Below, one piece after another: positions 39,346 to 51,148 of a stretch of 64,000 bases of DNA. This stretch comes from Camelus ferus (lineage: Eukaryota). Position numbers and translations under genes: made by a program. A model generated the notes under the pieces. The model did not search any database. It saw only the letters and a program-made list of their open reading frames with translations, and was not told the origin of the DNA. The stretch's first letter is position 1; the number at the start of each line of letters is the position of its first letter. The stretch spans positions 52,020,001 to 52,084,000 of the forward strand of contig NC_045696.1 in the NCBI RefSeq assembly GCF_009834535.1. The letters run 5' to 3'.

Positions 39346-40669
39346 TTAAAATCAGAGATACTGTGGAGGGTTATGTAATATGCAAAGTTCATGGATTTCA
39401 TCAAATCTCATCTGGTTTCTTAAAAGCATATTTTGCTTATTTTTATGTTCTTAACTGAGGATTTAAGACACTTGACAACTGATATATTGCTGGACTTTGA
39501 ACAATGGCTTTTCTGTTCATGAACTACTTCACTAAATGCCACCATAGAATCTACTTTTCCTTAAGATCTATGACTTTTATTTTTATATCCTTGACTAACC
39601 TTATAGTTCCAACAGTTTCTCTGTTTCAATTAACTTCTTTTTGTCTTAATTAACTTTCTTCCCTCTTGTAAAATAATATATCCCAATCTTAAAACTTCAG
39701 GACAGAGACCATATTCTCTCTCTTCATAATGCACTGAATATTTTATGAAAACTATACCACTATTAAGTAATGATTACATATGTGAATGTTATGGATTCCA
39801 AAGTGTTTATCCACTTTGCCTGAACTCATTCCTAGAAGATCACAGAATATTATTGTATAACATTTATATAATTCTTTATCATTTTGCAAACATTTTATAA
39901 TCATTTAATGGAGGTCTTCAAAACACTAGTATAGGTTGACCTTGTTATTACTGTTGGTGAGAAGAGGAAACACAGATTAAATGATGAAAACTTGTCAGTT
40001 ATCACATCCCATGCTACCAGGAAAAACAGGATTAGCAGTCAGTCTCTTATTCTCTGATCTGCTGATACCCTGTTGAGCTAGAGTTAGCATAGCATCAGAG
40101 AAAGAAACGTATCTATTCATTTCCAAGTATTATTATTTGGAAAAGTCTGTTCAGTATTAAAGAAGTGGTTATCTTTATTTTCAAAATAAATAAAAAGCAA
40201 ATCCCAGTCATTCTTGAGGCTTGGGTGTGGGAAGTGGGACACGAAAACTGCAAGCTAGGGCCAGAGAGCAGGAAGGAGGTAAAGGAGCTAGGACTGGTGG
40301 TGGGTGAATCTTAATCCATCATTACATGGGGGAAGTATTTAAAAAGCAAGGCTACTGTCTTTCCTTATCTGAGGCTTCCTCCAGAATCCTGTAGGAGAGG
40401 AAAACACACTGCTGAGCCTTCATTTGGGGGGCAGCAGGACAAGGCAGTATCTCCTTAGCGAAATGAACCCCTTCCTGACAGCTGTGGGGATAAGTGTTTG
40501 TTCCACCGGGCCCCGTAGAAAATCATCCCTAAAATCACTACTGTTTAGTCAGTTATAAAAGCCCAGATTCAAAGAGAAAACAACGTGGAGAAAGTAAATA
40601 ACATATAAAATCTGATGTGACCTTCCTAGCATTTTTGTAGGTTTCAGGTAGAGAGGATAAAACATCTGA

Positions 40670-40840
40670 GTTCGGGTTTAGGTGTCCTGATTTTAAATGG
40701 AGCAGTTTTACTATCTAGCTGTGTGACTTCAGACAAGTTGCCTAACCTCTCTGGACCTCTGAGCCTTCACGTTTAAAATGAAGGGTTGGTTACTAAGTAA
40801 TGTCTAAGAGCCCTTCTAGAGATAAAAATTCCCCAATTTA
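40670..40840 (+). mobile_element. MIR3-like SINE
   Basis: TAGCTGTGTGACTTCAGACAAGTTGCCTAACCTCTCTGGACCTC...TAAAATGAAGGGTTGG. Confidence 0.75.
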
Positions 40841-40844
40841 TAAT

Positions 40845-41010
40845 AGTAATCATTAACATTTGATGGTGCTTTTCCACCTATAAATGTTTTCCACGTACAT
40901 TATCTAATTTGATCCTCATGCCAGTTCTGAGGTAGTGTTATTATGATTATGCCCATTTTCTGAAGAGAGATTCAGAAACCACAAAATGGCAGAGCTGGCA
41001 TTGAACAGAT
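40845..41010 (-). mobile_element. MIR fragment, tail-to-tail with the preceding MIR3
   Basis: ACATTATCTAATTTGATCCTCA...TGAGGTAG...CCCATTTTCTGAAGAG. Confidence 0.65.
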
Positions 41011-43004
41011 GTTCCCAAGAGGAAAATACCCCTTCAGGAAAAGAAGCAGCTAATGCTAACAAGGATAAGTAACAGCAGATATTTAGGCTGTGAGCTCTTG
41101 TTTGGGGGTGCAACAGAATTTCTGGATGCTGCATTGGGGCAATGATAATCCACCCTGTGGAATGTTATCTGATGATGTATTTATCAAAAAAAAACTAATA
41201 AAAAGAAAATTAAAAAAAGATACAATAATTGTTACTGCACTACACCCTAATGAATTATTGTGTTCAAGGTTCTTACAAAAAAAAAGTAATATTATACTCG
41301 GCTTATGTTTTAATTGATTTATTAATATTTTATCACAGGAATGTAATTTAAGCTCCTCATGATTTAGATCTCATAAACCTTTAGCATTTTGCAAATTCAA
41401 ATTCCAATTTAAAGCCAGGGCGAGCAATTAACTTTTCTATCATCTTGTCAGGGGAGAAGGTTCGTGTTTAATTTGAGACAAAGTGACAGAAATATATATA
41501 CACTGTATGTATTACTCCAATTTAATTTATGAGTCAGCACCATCCACCTTCAAAATGTAGATTTAATAGAAGGGGAGGAAGAAAAGGCCGTGCTGTCATG
41601 ATAGGGCTGTGATATCTGCCCTGAATTTTTTATAAAAAAATGTCCCTGCTTTGTGGAGATACCAGGCTACACTGATTGCAGGCCTGTTTCCAATTCTTTT
41701 GTTTTAAATCCATTTACTAATTCTTTGCCCATATAACACACAATCTCATGGATATCACAGGGACATTCTACCTGCAACTTCTACCTCTGCTCCTACCCAG
41801 TTCTCAGTTTCATGGAGAGCTGTCCCTTCTAGGTTTATCTGAAATCTAGACAAGTGAGACATACTATGAAAAATATTGCCTTCAGATATTTTTTTCACCC
41901 CCTTTCTCATTTTCCAAAGCAATCTTTTAAATACTTTCCACCTAAAACAAAGAAGCAAAAAAAAAAAAAAAAAAAAACCTCCCCATAACTTTATATTTGA
42001 ATTTATAGTATATACACGGCAAGTTAAAACCATGCACTTTCCAGAGATCCTTTACAAAATATTTAAGGTCAGGATCAGAAGAAATGAGCTCAAACCACAG
42101 AAGGCAGTCAGGTGAACAGAAGGGAAGTACTTCCCTTTGGTGGTTATTAAACACTGGAACAGGGCTGCAGAGAGAGGTTAAGGAATTCTTCCTAGCTCTG
42201 TTATCCTATCATTCACCAAAGGCACACAATGCTCTGCGCTGATGAGATGAGTTACATGACATCTCCTCCCTGGTTCAATCAAAGGGAAGCAATTTACATC
42301 TCAAACCAGCTCTCTCATCAGTGGGACATAAAAACTGCAGAACAGAGACACAGCAAATGTGCTTATTTATACAGCATCAACTCAGTTGCCACTGTTTCTT
42401 TATTATTTTCCTTCACTCCCTCCTCCCTTATATGGTGGCCATTTTTAATAGGATGCTTTAAATTCTAAAGTGAGAAAAACACAGGATTAAGAATAATTCA
42501 GAACCAAAATTAACTAAAGATTTCTCATGATGCTGACAATCACTGGTCCTAGTGGTACTAGGCCTGTCCCTTTGTTCCGTTTAAAAATAAATTCGGATTC
42601 CCTTAGCAGCCCACAAGAATGGAATTAGAAGACGGTTAATGGGAAACTCTGGAAGGTAGTCTGGCAAATGTTTATTCACTTTCCAGGCATACAATGCTGT
42701 GTTACATAAGTGAATGCAGTGCATTTGTCAAAGAAAGGCTATGTTCAAGGAGTGTGAGGTCTTCATTCATAAAACAAGCTTATTTTACTAATGGTCTCTA
42801 TTAATCCCAGCTTAATTATGTCAGATGCTTTGCACTTGCACACGACAGTGAAAATCGCCAAAAATGCATTTACTGCACCTGCTTAAAGCAGTCATATCCC
42901 TAAAAACTATTCCAGAAAAGGGGGAACAGCTCCTACAGACATGGCTTTTAGGCAGAATATGGGATTATGGCAGAGGGGCTTAAATACACGAGGCAAAAAT
43001 GGTA

Positions 43005-43190
43005 ATCATATTCATCAAGTACACAAAGAAGTAAAAACAAGGAGCTCTAGATAATTCTTTTTAGTGGACTCACTAAAATAACAATAACAGCTTGATGAAG
43101 AGAACATGATTGTCGAAAGCTTGTCCATTTTACATTTTCTCTTTACATAGTGCAATAAAAAGGGAGCACCTGCAGTTTCTACTTGTGGGT
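43005..43190 (+). mobile_element. Penelope-like element (pLTR) remnant with degenerate minimal hammerhead core
   Basis: CTTGATGAAGAGAACATGATTGTCGAAAGCTTGTC (43091-43125) followed by GTGCAATAAAAAGGGAGCACCT. This matches the CTGANGA-A-[stem II]-GAAAGCTTGTC...CCAATAAAAG...ACCT layout I recall for vertebrate Penelope terminal repeats. A partial inverted copy lies at 43037-43070. Confidence 0.6.
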
Positions 43191-45169
43191 TTTTTTCTTT
43201 TTCTTCTGATGTTAAAAGAAATCATGGGACATCGTATGTGCTTTAGGAGCTACTAGTCTCATCTCAAGCATACTCTGCCTCCCATAAAGTTACATTTGAG
43301 CTCTCTAGGGGTACCTGTGCAGGGCAGAGAGGTTCTGCAGCCTGCAAAGTACAATCTCTGCTTCACTCTCTTTTTCTTTATTCAAACACACCAGTCCTTT
43401 ACCACTCTGGACGTTCAGCTAAAACAGACTTCCCTGTCATGATCCTTTTTAGACAAATTATACCAAAAACATCTTGTAATTTCCATTACTTGGTGGCATC
43501 TATTTTACTGACAGACACTAGCCCACGATAGCATCACTGTTGTAGTGGCCTAATACTTATCTCACAACCACTGTTAACTACACATCCTGGGTATTTGAAG
43601 TGCATAAGAAAGCCATACACTTAAGTACATTGGAGGACTGCTGTGAACCCACATGAAATTTGAGCTATCACTATTAAAAACAGAAATTGCATTTACCTGA
43701 AGTTTCTTAGAGTAAATTAGTCAGTTTTAAACTTTCAAGGTTGTATAATGAAACAAAACAATATTTAAAAAAACCCAAAATGTCTAAAGATTTTAAGAGA
43801 AGTATTCTACATGCCAAGAGAAGCATCCTCCCCCTTTTTTCCCTTTTAACCGTCTTTTCTTCCCTTTCTCCCTCTTCTCCTCCCTCCCTCTCTCTTTTCT
43901 TTAATTTGGAGGTGGTGTTGGTAAACTCTGAATAAGGAAATAATATTTTTGTTTCAGAATCCATGTGCTTCTACTACTCAAAAAGCTGATTTAGAGGAAA
44001 ATTTGGGGTGACTCTTTACGACATTCTTTTTTTTTCCCCCTTAGAGTCAACAGATAACCATCAAGGATCAAGCTATTTCCAAGCATTCCTGTCATGGCCT
44101 CCAGTACCACACACTGCAGTTTGTGACGTACCCTAACAAAGGTAGTCTTTTATAAAAGACTATGATAGGTAGTGAAGAACTGTTTTCAATTACTTTTGTA
44201 AAAGCACAAACTAAATGACAGTGGAGTGTATGCATAAACAAAGCAAAGGTTCACGCTGCACTTGACGACTCCAATGTCACCAACAGACATCACGCCCCTG
44301 CTGTTCTCCACATCTAGATTCAAGTCTGAGGCTTTCAACACTCTCCTACAGACAAAACAAGGTAAGGGACGAACACATCGTTCACGTTCCAATATCAAAA
44401 ACGGTATGGGAGAATAATCTGTTTCTATAGGTATCTGTCACAATGAACACTCAAGATGCAGAATTCTGAAGTTGTGACAAATTTAGAATGTGATTATGTG
44501 CTTTATGAAATGATTTTCCATAGGCTTCTATTGAGGAGATAGCAACTCCAAGTGTGCCAAAAATTGTGGTTTAAATTTTTTATTTTCATAAAACTTTTGA
44601 AGAAAGGTTGCTGTCACAGAAGAAATGTCAGTATTTTCAGAATAATCAGAGATTTCCAGAGGCAGAACAGCACTGAAGGTTACAACATTTCAGCAGACAC
44701 CCCTCATACCCATGCATCTAATAAGATGAGTTAAACCAATGGGTAGGAGGTGCCTGCAGGTGACTGTGAGGGCAGATGCTGTCTAAGTGGAGGAAGGCTG
44801 AAAATAAAGTCACACCTACAGTGCTGTGCTTTCCTCTTTCTTCTTGCCCTCACAGTCACCCTGCACCGCTCACTGGTGTGCTTTACCTGTCTTGTGGCAC
44901 TCCTTCTTAAAGCACATTCAGAGATGTAAACTTAGGTTTATGAGAATAGATTTAGTCCTGTATCACTGACTGAAAGCATTTAGTCCTTTTATGATTTTAC
45001 TAAAATCAGAAGTGTCATGAATATGTCTTAAAATCTAAGACTGGAAATCATATTGTAAGGACCCTTTATTGTCCTCTAGCCCTAAACATTGTATAAGGCA
45101 AATAAGTGTACATCACATGGGCCAGTCTCTACCTGGTTCTTCAGGATTTTGAAGATTGTCAAAGTTCAT

Positions 45170-45570
45170 ATAGCATTCTTTCCTTCTCGGGACACACTAG
45201 GCTAAGTCCCACTTCAGGGCCTGAGGACATATTTTTACCTATGCCTGGAATGGTCTTCCTCTAGAGTTTGGCACATTCATTCTCTTCATTCTGGTCTTTA
45301 CTCAAATATCACCTTTTCAGGAGACCTACACTGACCATCATATCTAAAATTGCTTTGCCACCTCCACCCTACCTTACCCTGATTTGGTTTTTTCATAGTA
45401 TTCCTTCTTCTCTGAAATTATATATTTGTTTGCTTATTATATGTCCATCCCATTAAAGTATGAGCTTTTTGAACCAAAGACTTTTCTCTTCTTCCCCATG
45501 GCATCACTAGTGAGCAGAACTGTGTCTAATAAATAGTAAAGTGTTCACTAGATATTTGTTACATAAATAA
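45170..45570 (+). mobile_element. L2 3' region
   Basis: CTTCAGGGCCT...TGCCTGGAATGGTCTTCC...CTCAAATATCACCTTTTCAGGAGACCT...ATAGTAAAGTGTTCACTAGATATTTGTT. Confidence 0.8.
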
Positions 45571-46669
45571 AACACAGGGCTAAGATATTCTCTCTTAAAT
45601 TTTACAATTTAAACTTTATCTTCTGCTGGTAAGAGAAGGTATCATATACAATGACCCTTCACAATCTAGACAATGTATAAAGTCAACACGGAAGAGTCAC
45701 TATTCTAAGAAGAGTATGTTCAGACCTGGTTTGAAATCACAGCCTGTTGCTGTGGGGTGTTAACTGTCTGTCATTTTAGCTAGACCACTGAATGGATGGG
45801 ATTAACCAAGGACCTGACAAGACACACACACAAATACACACACACAAAACAAAACAAAACAAATCAAAAACAAAACAAAACTCCCAAACCCTCCTTACTC
45901 TTGGAATTAGAGTGCATTGCTACTTTACTCCAAGCCAACAACAGCTAAAGAAGAGAGGCATAAATCAGAAGACCTTTGAAAGCCGTTTCACTGGAGCGTG
46001 TCACTCGTATAAGGAGAATCAATCACCCATCTATCCAGACTGATGGATCATAAGGTCTTATGTGCCATTTATTTACTGGAAGCTAGTGATTCCTCAGAAA
46101 ATTTTTGTATCATATGATAGTGAAATGACATGATCTTTGTTTTTCCTTTAGATAAACATTGAACATTTTCTTTAAGATGGCATATAACTTTCAAAATACA
46201 AAGATAATTAAACGAGATATTTTTTGGTACAGAAAAAGTGTCTATCGTAATTTTAGTGGCAATAATAGTTCTGTACATTTATCTTAGCAATTTTAACCTC
46301 AGAATTCTAAGCACTATGCAAACATTAGTTTACTAAGTTTGGCTGTGTTCTCCATATGAATTAGAATATTATTATTTCTTCATTATTTTCAGGTGAGAAT
46401 CACATAGAAAGGAAGGTCCATGTCTTGTGAAGACCACACACCAAAGAAATTAAAAAAAAAAAAAAGAGCAAGTTCCTTCCTTTTTTAAAAGTGGGTGTTC
46501 AGGAAAGAGTAATGAAGTAAGAAAAGGCCTCAAATAGCAGCTGATTTTCCTTATCCAGTGTTTTCATTCAAATTTGTTTTGGGAAGTGAAATAAGCAGAT
46601 ACCTACATTCAGAGGCTAAGGACTCTGAATAAATATCCCTGAGAACAGTAGGGCCAGTCTTTAAGAATA

Positions 46670-46830
46670 GTAGTTGGTAATTACTGAGCATGCACTATGT
46701 GTCAGGTACTGGTCTAAGAGCTAGGAAATAGGTACTTTGTGTCTTGTTCACCACTGTATCCCCCAAGCCTAGAACTGTGCCTGGGCCAGAGTGACTGCTG
46801 AATCGGTACTTGAAATAAACGTATGAATGA
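46670..46830. mobile_element. Two short L2/MIR tail fragments in opposite orientation
   Basis: TTACTGAGCATGCACTATGTGTCAGGTACTG (-) then GTCTTGTTCACCACTGTATCCCCAAGCCTAGAACTGTGCCTGG (+). Confidence 0.7.
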
Positions 46831-47009
46831 GAGAAGCATTCTTGGTTCCAAATGACTAACTGTATGAATTTTTAAACACAACCTGTTTGGAACTTAGAAA
46901 CTGCCTATGTAAATGCTTGCTCTTGAAAGTGGAGGAGGAAGAAAGACGTTTGATTTGGCCCAGTGCGTAACTAAATGTAAGATAGCAGTGAGCCTCTTTA
47001 CAATAGAAT

Positions 47010-47110
47010 TTACCTATTTAACAAATATTTATTGAGCTTACACTACATGCCTGGTATTATAAGAGGTTCTAGGAATAAAGATAAGGTCCTTGTTGTTAGG
47101 GAGCTTAAAT
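47010..47110 (-). mobile_element. L2 3' terminus
   Basis: ATTTAACAAATATTTATTGAGCTTACACTACATGCCTGG. Confidence 0.75.
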
Positions 47111-49849
47111 TAATGTTTTATGCATCTGAGAGAAAGTTGTCTTTGTATATAATGCAATTATGAGGCAGGAATTTTCTATAAATTCTTGCTTGTTTAGGTT
47201 TACAATTTTATCACCCTAATTTGCCAATGCTTCAACAATTCAGCCTCTTTTTGGGTGTCCATGAGGACACTATAGAGAAATGTAGGTGTGCTGATTATTT
47301 AAAATATATATCCATGAAGTAGGTGGTTAGCTGACAATTACCTTGACAATCTGATCAATGTATGAAAAGTTAATTTAGCATCAGGGTGAGTTCTGAAAGG
47401 TCTGAGTTATCTATTTTAGTTATCCATATTGTCAATTCTCAACTTCACCTATATAAAGACACCTATGTAAAGACACTCAAGAGTTTCATTTGGACTGCAG
47501 AAAATTGGAATCCAGATACACGTCTTAATGTGTAAGTTCAAGACTGATGCCATTTCAGTGAAAGAAATAAAAAAGTACACAAAATATTACAGGATAAAGA
47601 AGGTCTTGCAAAGCTTCCTACAAAGGCTAGATCTCATCTATGGTCACCCTTTGGAAGCTATCTCTGTCTACTACAAAATTGTCTCAAAACATAACTGACC
47701 AAAGTGTGGCTTGTTCACGAGTGTGCATAAGCGAATTTATTTCATTTTAATAATCTGCTGGACATGTTTAGTTTTTGAAAACAATCTCAGGTCTTTCGGC
47801 TTCACTTTTAGGACACAAAATCAAGCTTTTGAAAATAATTCTGCTTGTAAACTGATTCCTCAGGTGTGTTCTGGAAGCTTTGCATTGAAGAAAACCAAGG
47901 AGCTCCAAGGCAACCTAAGTTTAATGTTTAGCTGTTACTAACAGCCCACTTAAGGTTTATTTCTCCTCCAGAAATTAAGCTGAAATATATATTTTAGCTA
48001 GGAGTTCAACAATGCTAGGAAAACACTCTAAACATTTGTTGGCAAAGGAAGAAAAGAAAAAACATGGTATTGATGTTTTTGATTTCCATTATATTGAAAT
48101 CAAGAACTTGATACAAGTGACAGATCTGCTTCAACCTGCTGGCTCTGTGCATTTGAAAAACCGAAATCTGATATCTAAAAATCACTATTATATTCAAAAT
48201 TACTCCACATCCCTTTTCTGTTTATACATGTGCATGTCAACAACACCATGGCCCTAGGCATTCCACTACCAGTCTTCTTGTACATGTCCATTGACATTGT
48301 CTCTATCAAATTCAATCCAATAAAATTAAATGCAATTAAATAAAACAGTCTGCTTGAAACTCAGTATTTCTCATCTCTTATTATATTGTGCTTCTTATCA
48401 TTTCTTATTTATTTAGCTGAGGCAGAAAGGTTTCCAGACTCAATTACATTTTCCCTCTTGGTCTCCTATTTCTCAAATTTTTTTTTCTTTTTTCCTTTGA
48501 GTAATGTTGTTCATGTCAATTGCCAAGAAACAACAAAGAGAGAGAGAGAGAAGTAATCCTTATAATTCTACGAAAATAAAAAGATATAATGATAAAGTAA
48601 CTGCTATTATATAGCAGGGAGGACATTTCCATCTGATGTTTACCATAAAATTTTCATCTGATTCCAATAGTTTTCACATAATAACATCCACAACTATTTT
48701 CTATTTTCAGAAGATTCCAAATTATAAGAGGCTGATGGATAGTATGCGTAACTCAAGGAGAAACTTGGTAAGGAAGACGGAGTTCTAGCTACGGCTTTAG
48801 GAGTTACATTGTAAAAGGAAGTAAGGAGTAAACAAAAGTGTTGAAGATGATATGTAATTGGTTTATGATTTCTCCAACCACTTTCAGACATGAGGGAAAC
48901 CCTACATTTTTCTCCCCTTCATTTCCACACTCCTTTCAAACTGCATATGGATTTTATGTTTCCCCTTCAAAGCTGCCCTTAATATTAATTTTAGCCTGAT
49001 TTCATGTGTACATAAACATTTTGGGGGGGGCTTAAGACACACAATATGATTTTTCTCTGGAATTCTCTTTCCATAATCAAGAGCCAGATGACAACCAACC
49101 TCTCACTAATCTCTCGAAAAAAAATGAGTAAGTTTCTTATGTCCTTCATACAGGATTGCCATTTATTATAAACCATGCTGAAAGACCTCACACACAGCAA
49201 ACGGAAGCGTGTGGCATTTAATCCATCACACAGGATGATCCAGGATTGAGTCAACACTTCTAGGGCTTCTACCCCGCAACTATGCATTTCCATGGTGCCC
49301 ATTTCCATGGTGTTCAGATCTTCAAACAAACACATTTGTCTAAAAACAAATACATATGTAGGAAAACAGTTCTCCAGGGCTCTTGCCTTTTCAGCTGCTT
49401 TTGGTTTACAGATGAAAAGTCAGATACAACATTCAGAAGTTCTGAGTCTTCTTGTCTTGTGTCCGGGAGAGGGAAGTATTTGGTCCTGGTAGTGGATTTC
49501 TTCCACCTTCCTATTAAATGGGCAAGAGAGTCACAAAAAGAGGCCCTTGGGTTTTCATTCTGTAATGGACCCCTTCTTGGTTTACTTCCATCTCCTATCC
49601 ACTGGTTTCAACTTAATTTTGAGGATAAATACTATTATTATGAATAAAAAACATCATTTTCATTTTCTTTCTCGAAAGTTTCCTGAGAAATTTGTTTCAA
49701 AACAAGGCTACCTGAATATTGAAAATACATTAATGTGCTTTCAATACTTTATAAATTTTACCCATCCAGGGGTCAACTGGTATAATTTGAGGGCAACTGA
49801 AGAAATCTCTCCTCTACACTCTTCCCATAGCTGAAATTCTATCACTTAA

Positions 49850-50460
49850 AATTCATAGAAAAAGGCAGTGTGCCTAGAAATCATTCAATCCTATGCTACT
49901 CTGAGAAGGGTACTGTACCATTTTACTCCTATTTTAGAGATGAGGCAGCCAAGGTACACAGAAGTTAAGTAACTTGCCTAAAGTCTTCTGGTAAGTGAGA
50001 GAGTCAGCGTTTGAACCCATGGAGTCCGACACGAGAGTTTTAGCTATTATATTAGACTGCTTCCCTATGAAGTAGAGATTAGTAGGGAGGAATGGTTGAA
50101 TGCATGATTTTGGAGTCAGACAGCATAAGTTCAGATCCTAATTTCACCACTTACTGGCTATGTGAGCTTAGGCAAGGATCTTAACCTCTATGAATCTTTA
50201 ATTCTTTGTTGTGTATAAAATGTAGCTAGCCTTCATTGAGTACTAAACTATGTTCCAATCATCAAAGCTAAGTGTTTTACATGTATTAGTTCATTTAATT
50301 CTCACAGTAACTCAACAAGGTATGAAGTATTATAATCCTCAAAGTAGCTAAGGAAACCAAGGTTAAATAACTTGCCTCCAGTTATACTATAAGTGGTAGA
50401 GACAGAATTTGTCTAAGGTTAACCTCGCTCCAGAAACCAGTATGTTCAATAATTAAATTT
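49850..50460. mobile_element. Cluster of three MIRs (-, +, -)
   Basis: ATTTTAGAGATGAGG...GTTAAGTAACTTGCCTAAAGTC (-); TGGAGTCAGACAG...CCACTTACTGGCTATGTGAGCTTAGGCAAG (+); TCATTTAATTCTCACAG...GGTTAAATAACTTGCC (-). Confidence 0.8.
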
Positions 50461-50525
50461 GGTGATAATAACCAATAGTGTTTACCTTATGGGGTTTTTG
50501 GCCATATTTTGGTCAGGTAATGCAG

Positions 50526-51148
50526 TGTGATGGCTATGTGTCAGCCTGACTGGGCCCTAGAGTACCCAGATATCTGGTCAAACATATTCTGGGTATGTCT
50601 GTGAGGGTGGTTTTGGATGATACTAACATTTGAATCTATAGACTGAATAAAGCAGATTGCTCTCCCTAATGTCTGTGGCCCCCATGGAATCAGTTGAAGA
50701 TCTGAATAAAACAGAAAGGCTGACCACCCTGAGAGTAATAGGGAACTCATCCTGCCTGCCTGTGTTTGAGTTGTGACATCAGTTTTTTCCTGCCTTTGGA
50801 CTTGAACTGAAAACATTGACACTTCCTGAGTCTTGAACCTACCAGCCTTTGGATTAGAAATACACCATCAGCTCTTCTAGTTCTCAGACCTTCAGGCTTG
50901 TACTGGGATCACACCATTAGTTCTCCTGCTCTCCAGTTTGCCAGCTAATGATCTTGGGACTTGTCAACTGTCAAAATCTTGTGAACCAATTCCTTATAAT
51001 AAATGTGTGTTGGGGGGGATGGGTGGGTGGCTATAGATAGGTAGATACATAGATAGATCAATCTGTCTATCTTTCTATGTATCACATGTATCTATCTATC
51101 TATCTACATCCTTTTGGTTCTTTTTCTCTGGAAAACCCTGACAATACA
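50526..51148 (+). mobile_element. ERVL solo LTR (MLT2B/D-like)
   Basis: TG...CA termini (TGTGATGG...CCCTGACAATACA). Internal TGTCAGCCTGACTGGGCC...CCCAGATATCTGGTCAAACAT and AAAGCAGATTGCTCTCCCTAATG, AATAAA near 50997, and an internal (GATA)/(TCTA) tract. Confidence 0.92.

Noticed and set aside
49285..49312. Direct repeat CATTTCCATGGTG x2
   Set aside because: An ordinary short tandem duplication with no further structure.
50541..50822. 93-aa ORF (and similar ORFs at 21715-21951, 23482-23830, 28041-28244, 34390-34596)
   Set aside because: They lie wholly within MLT2, MLT1 or L1 3' repeats and are repeat-derived chance frames.
51030..51110. Inverted (GATA)n/(TATC)n fold-back
   Set aside because: A low-complexity tract at the position where MLT2 LTRs commonly carry simple repeats.
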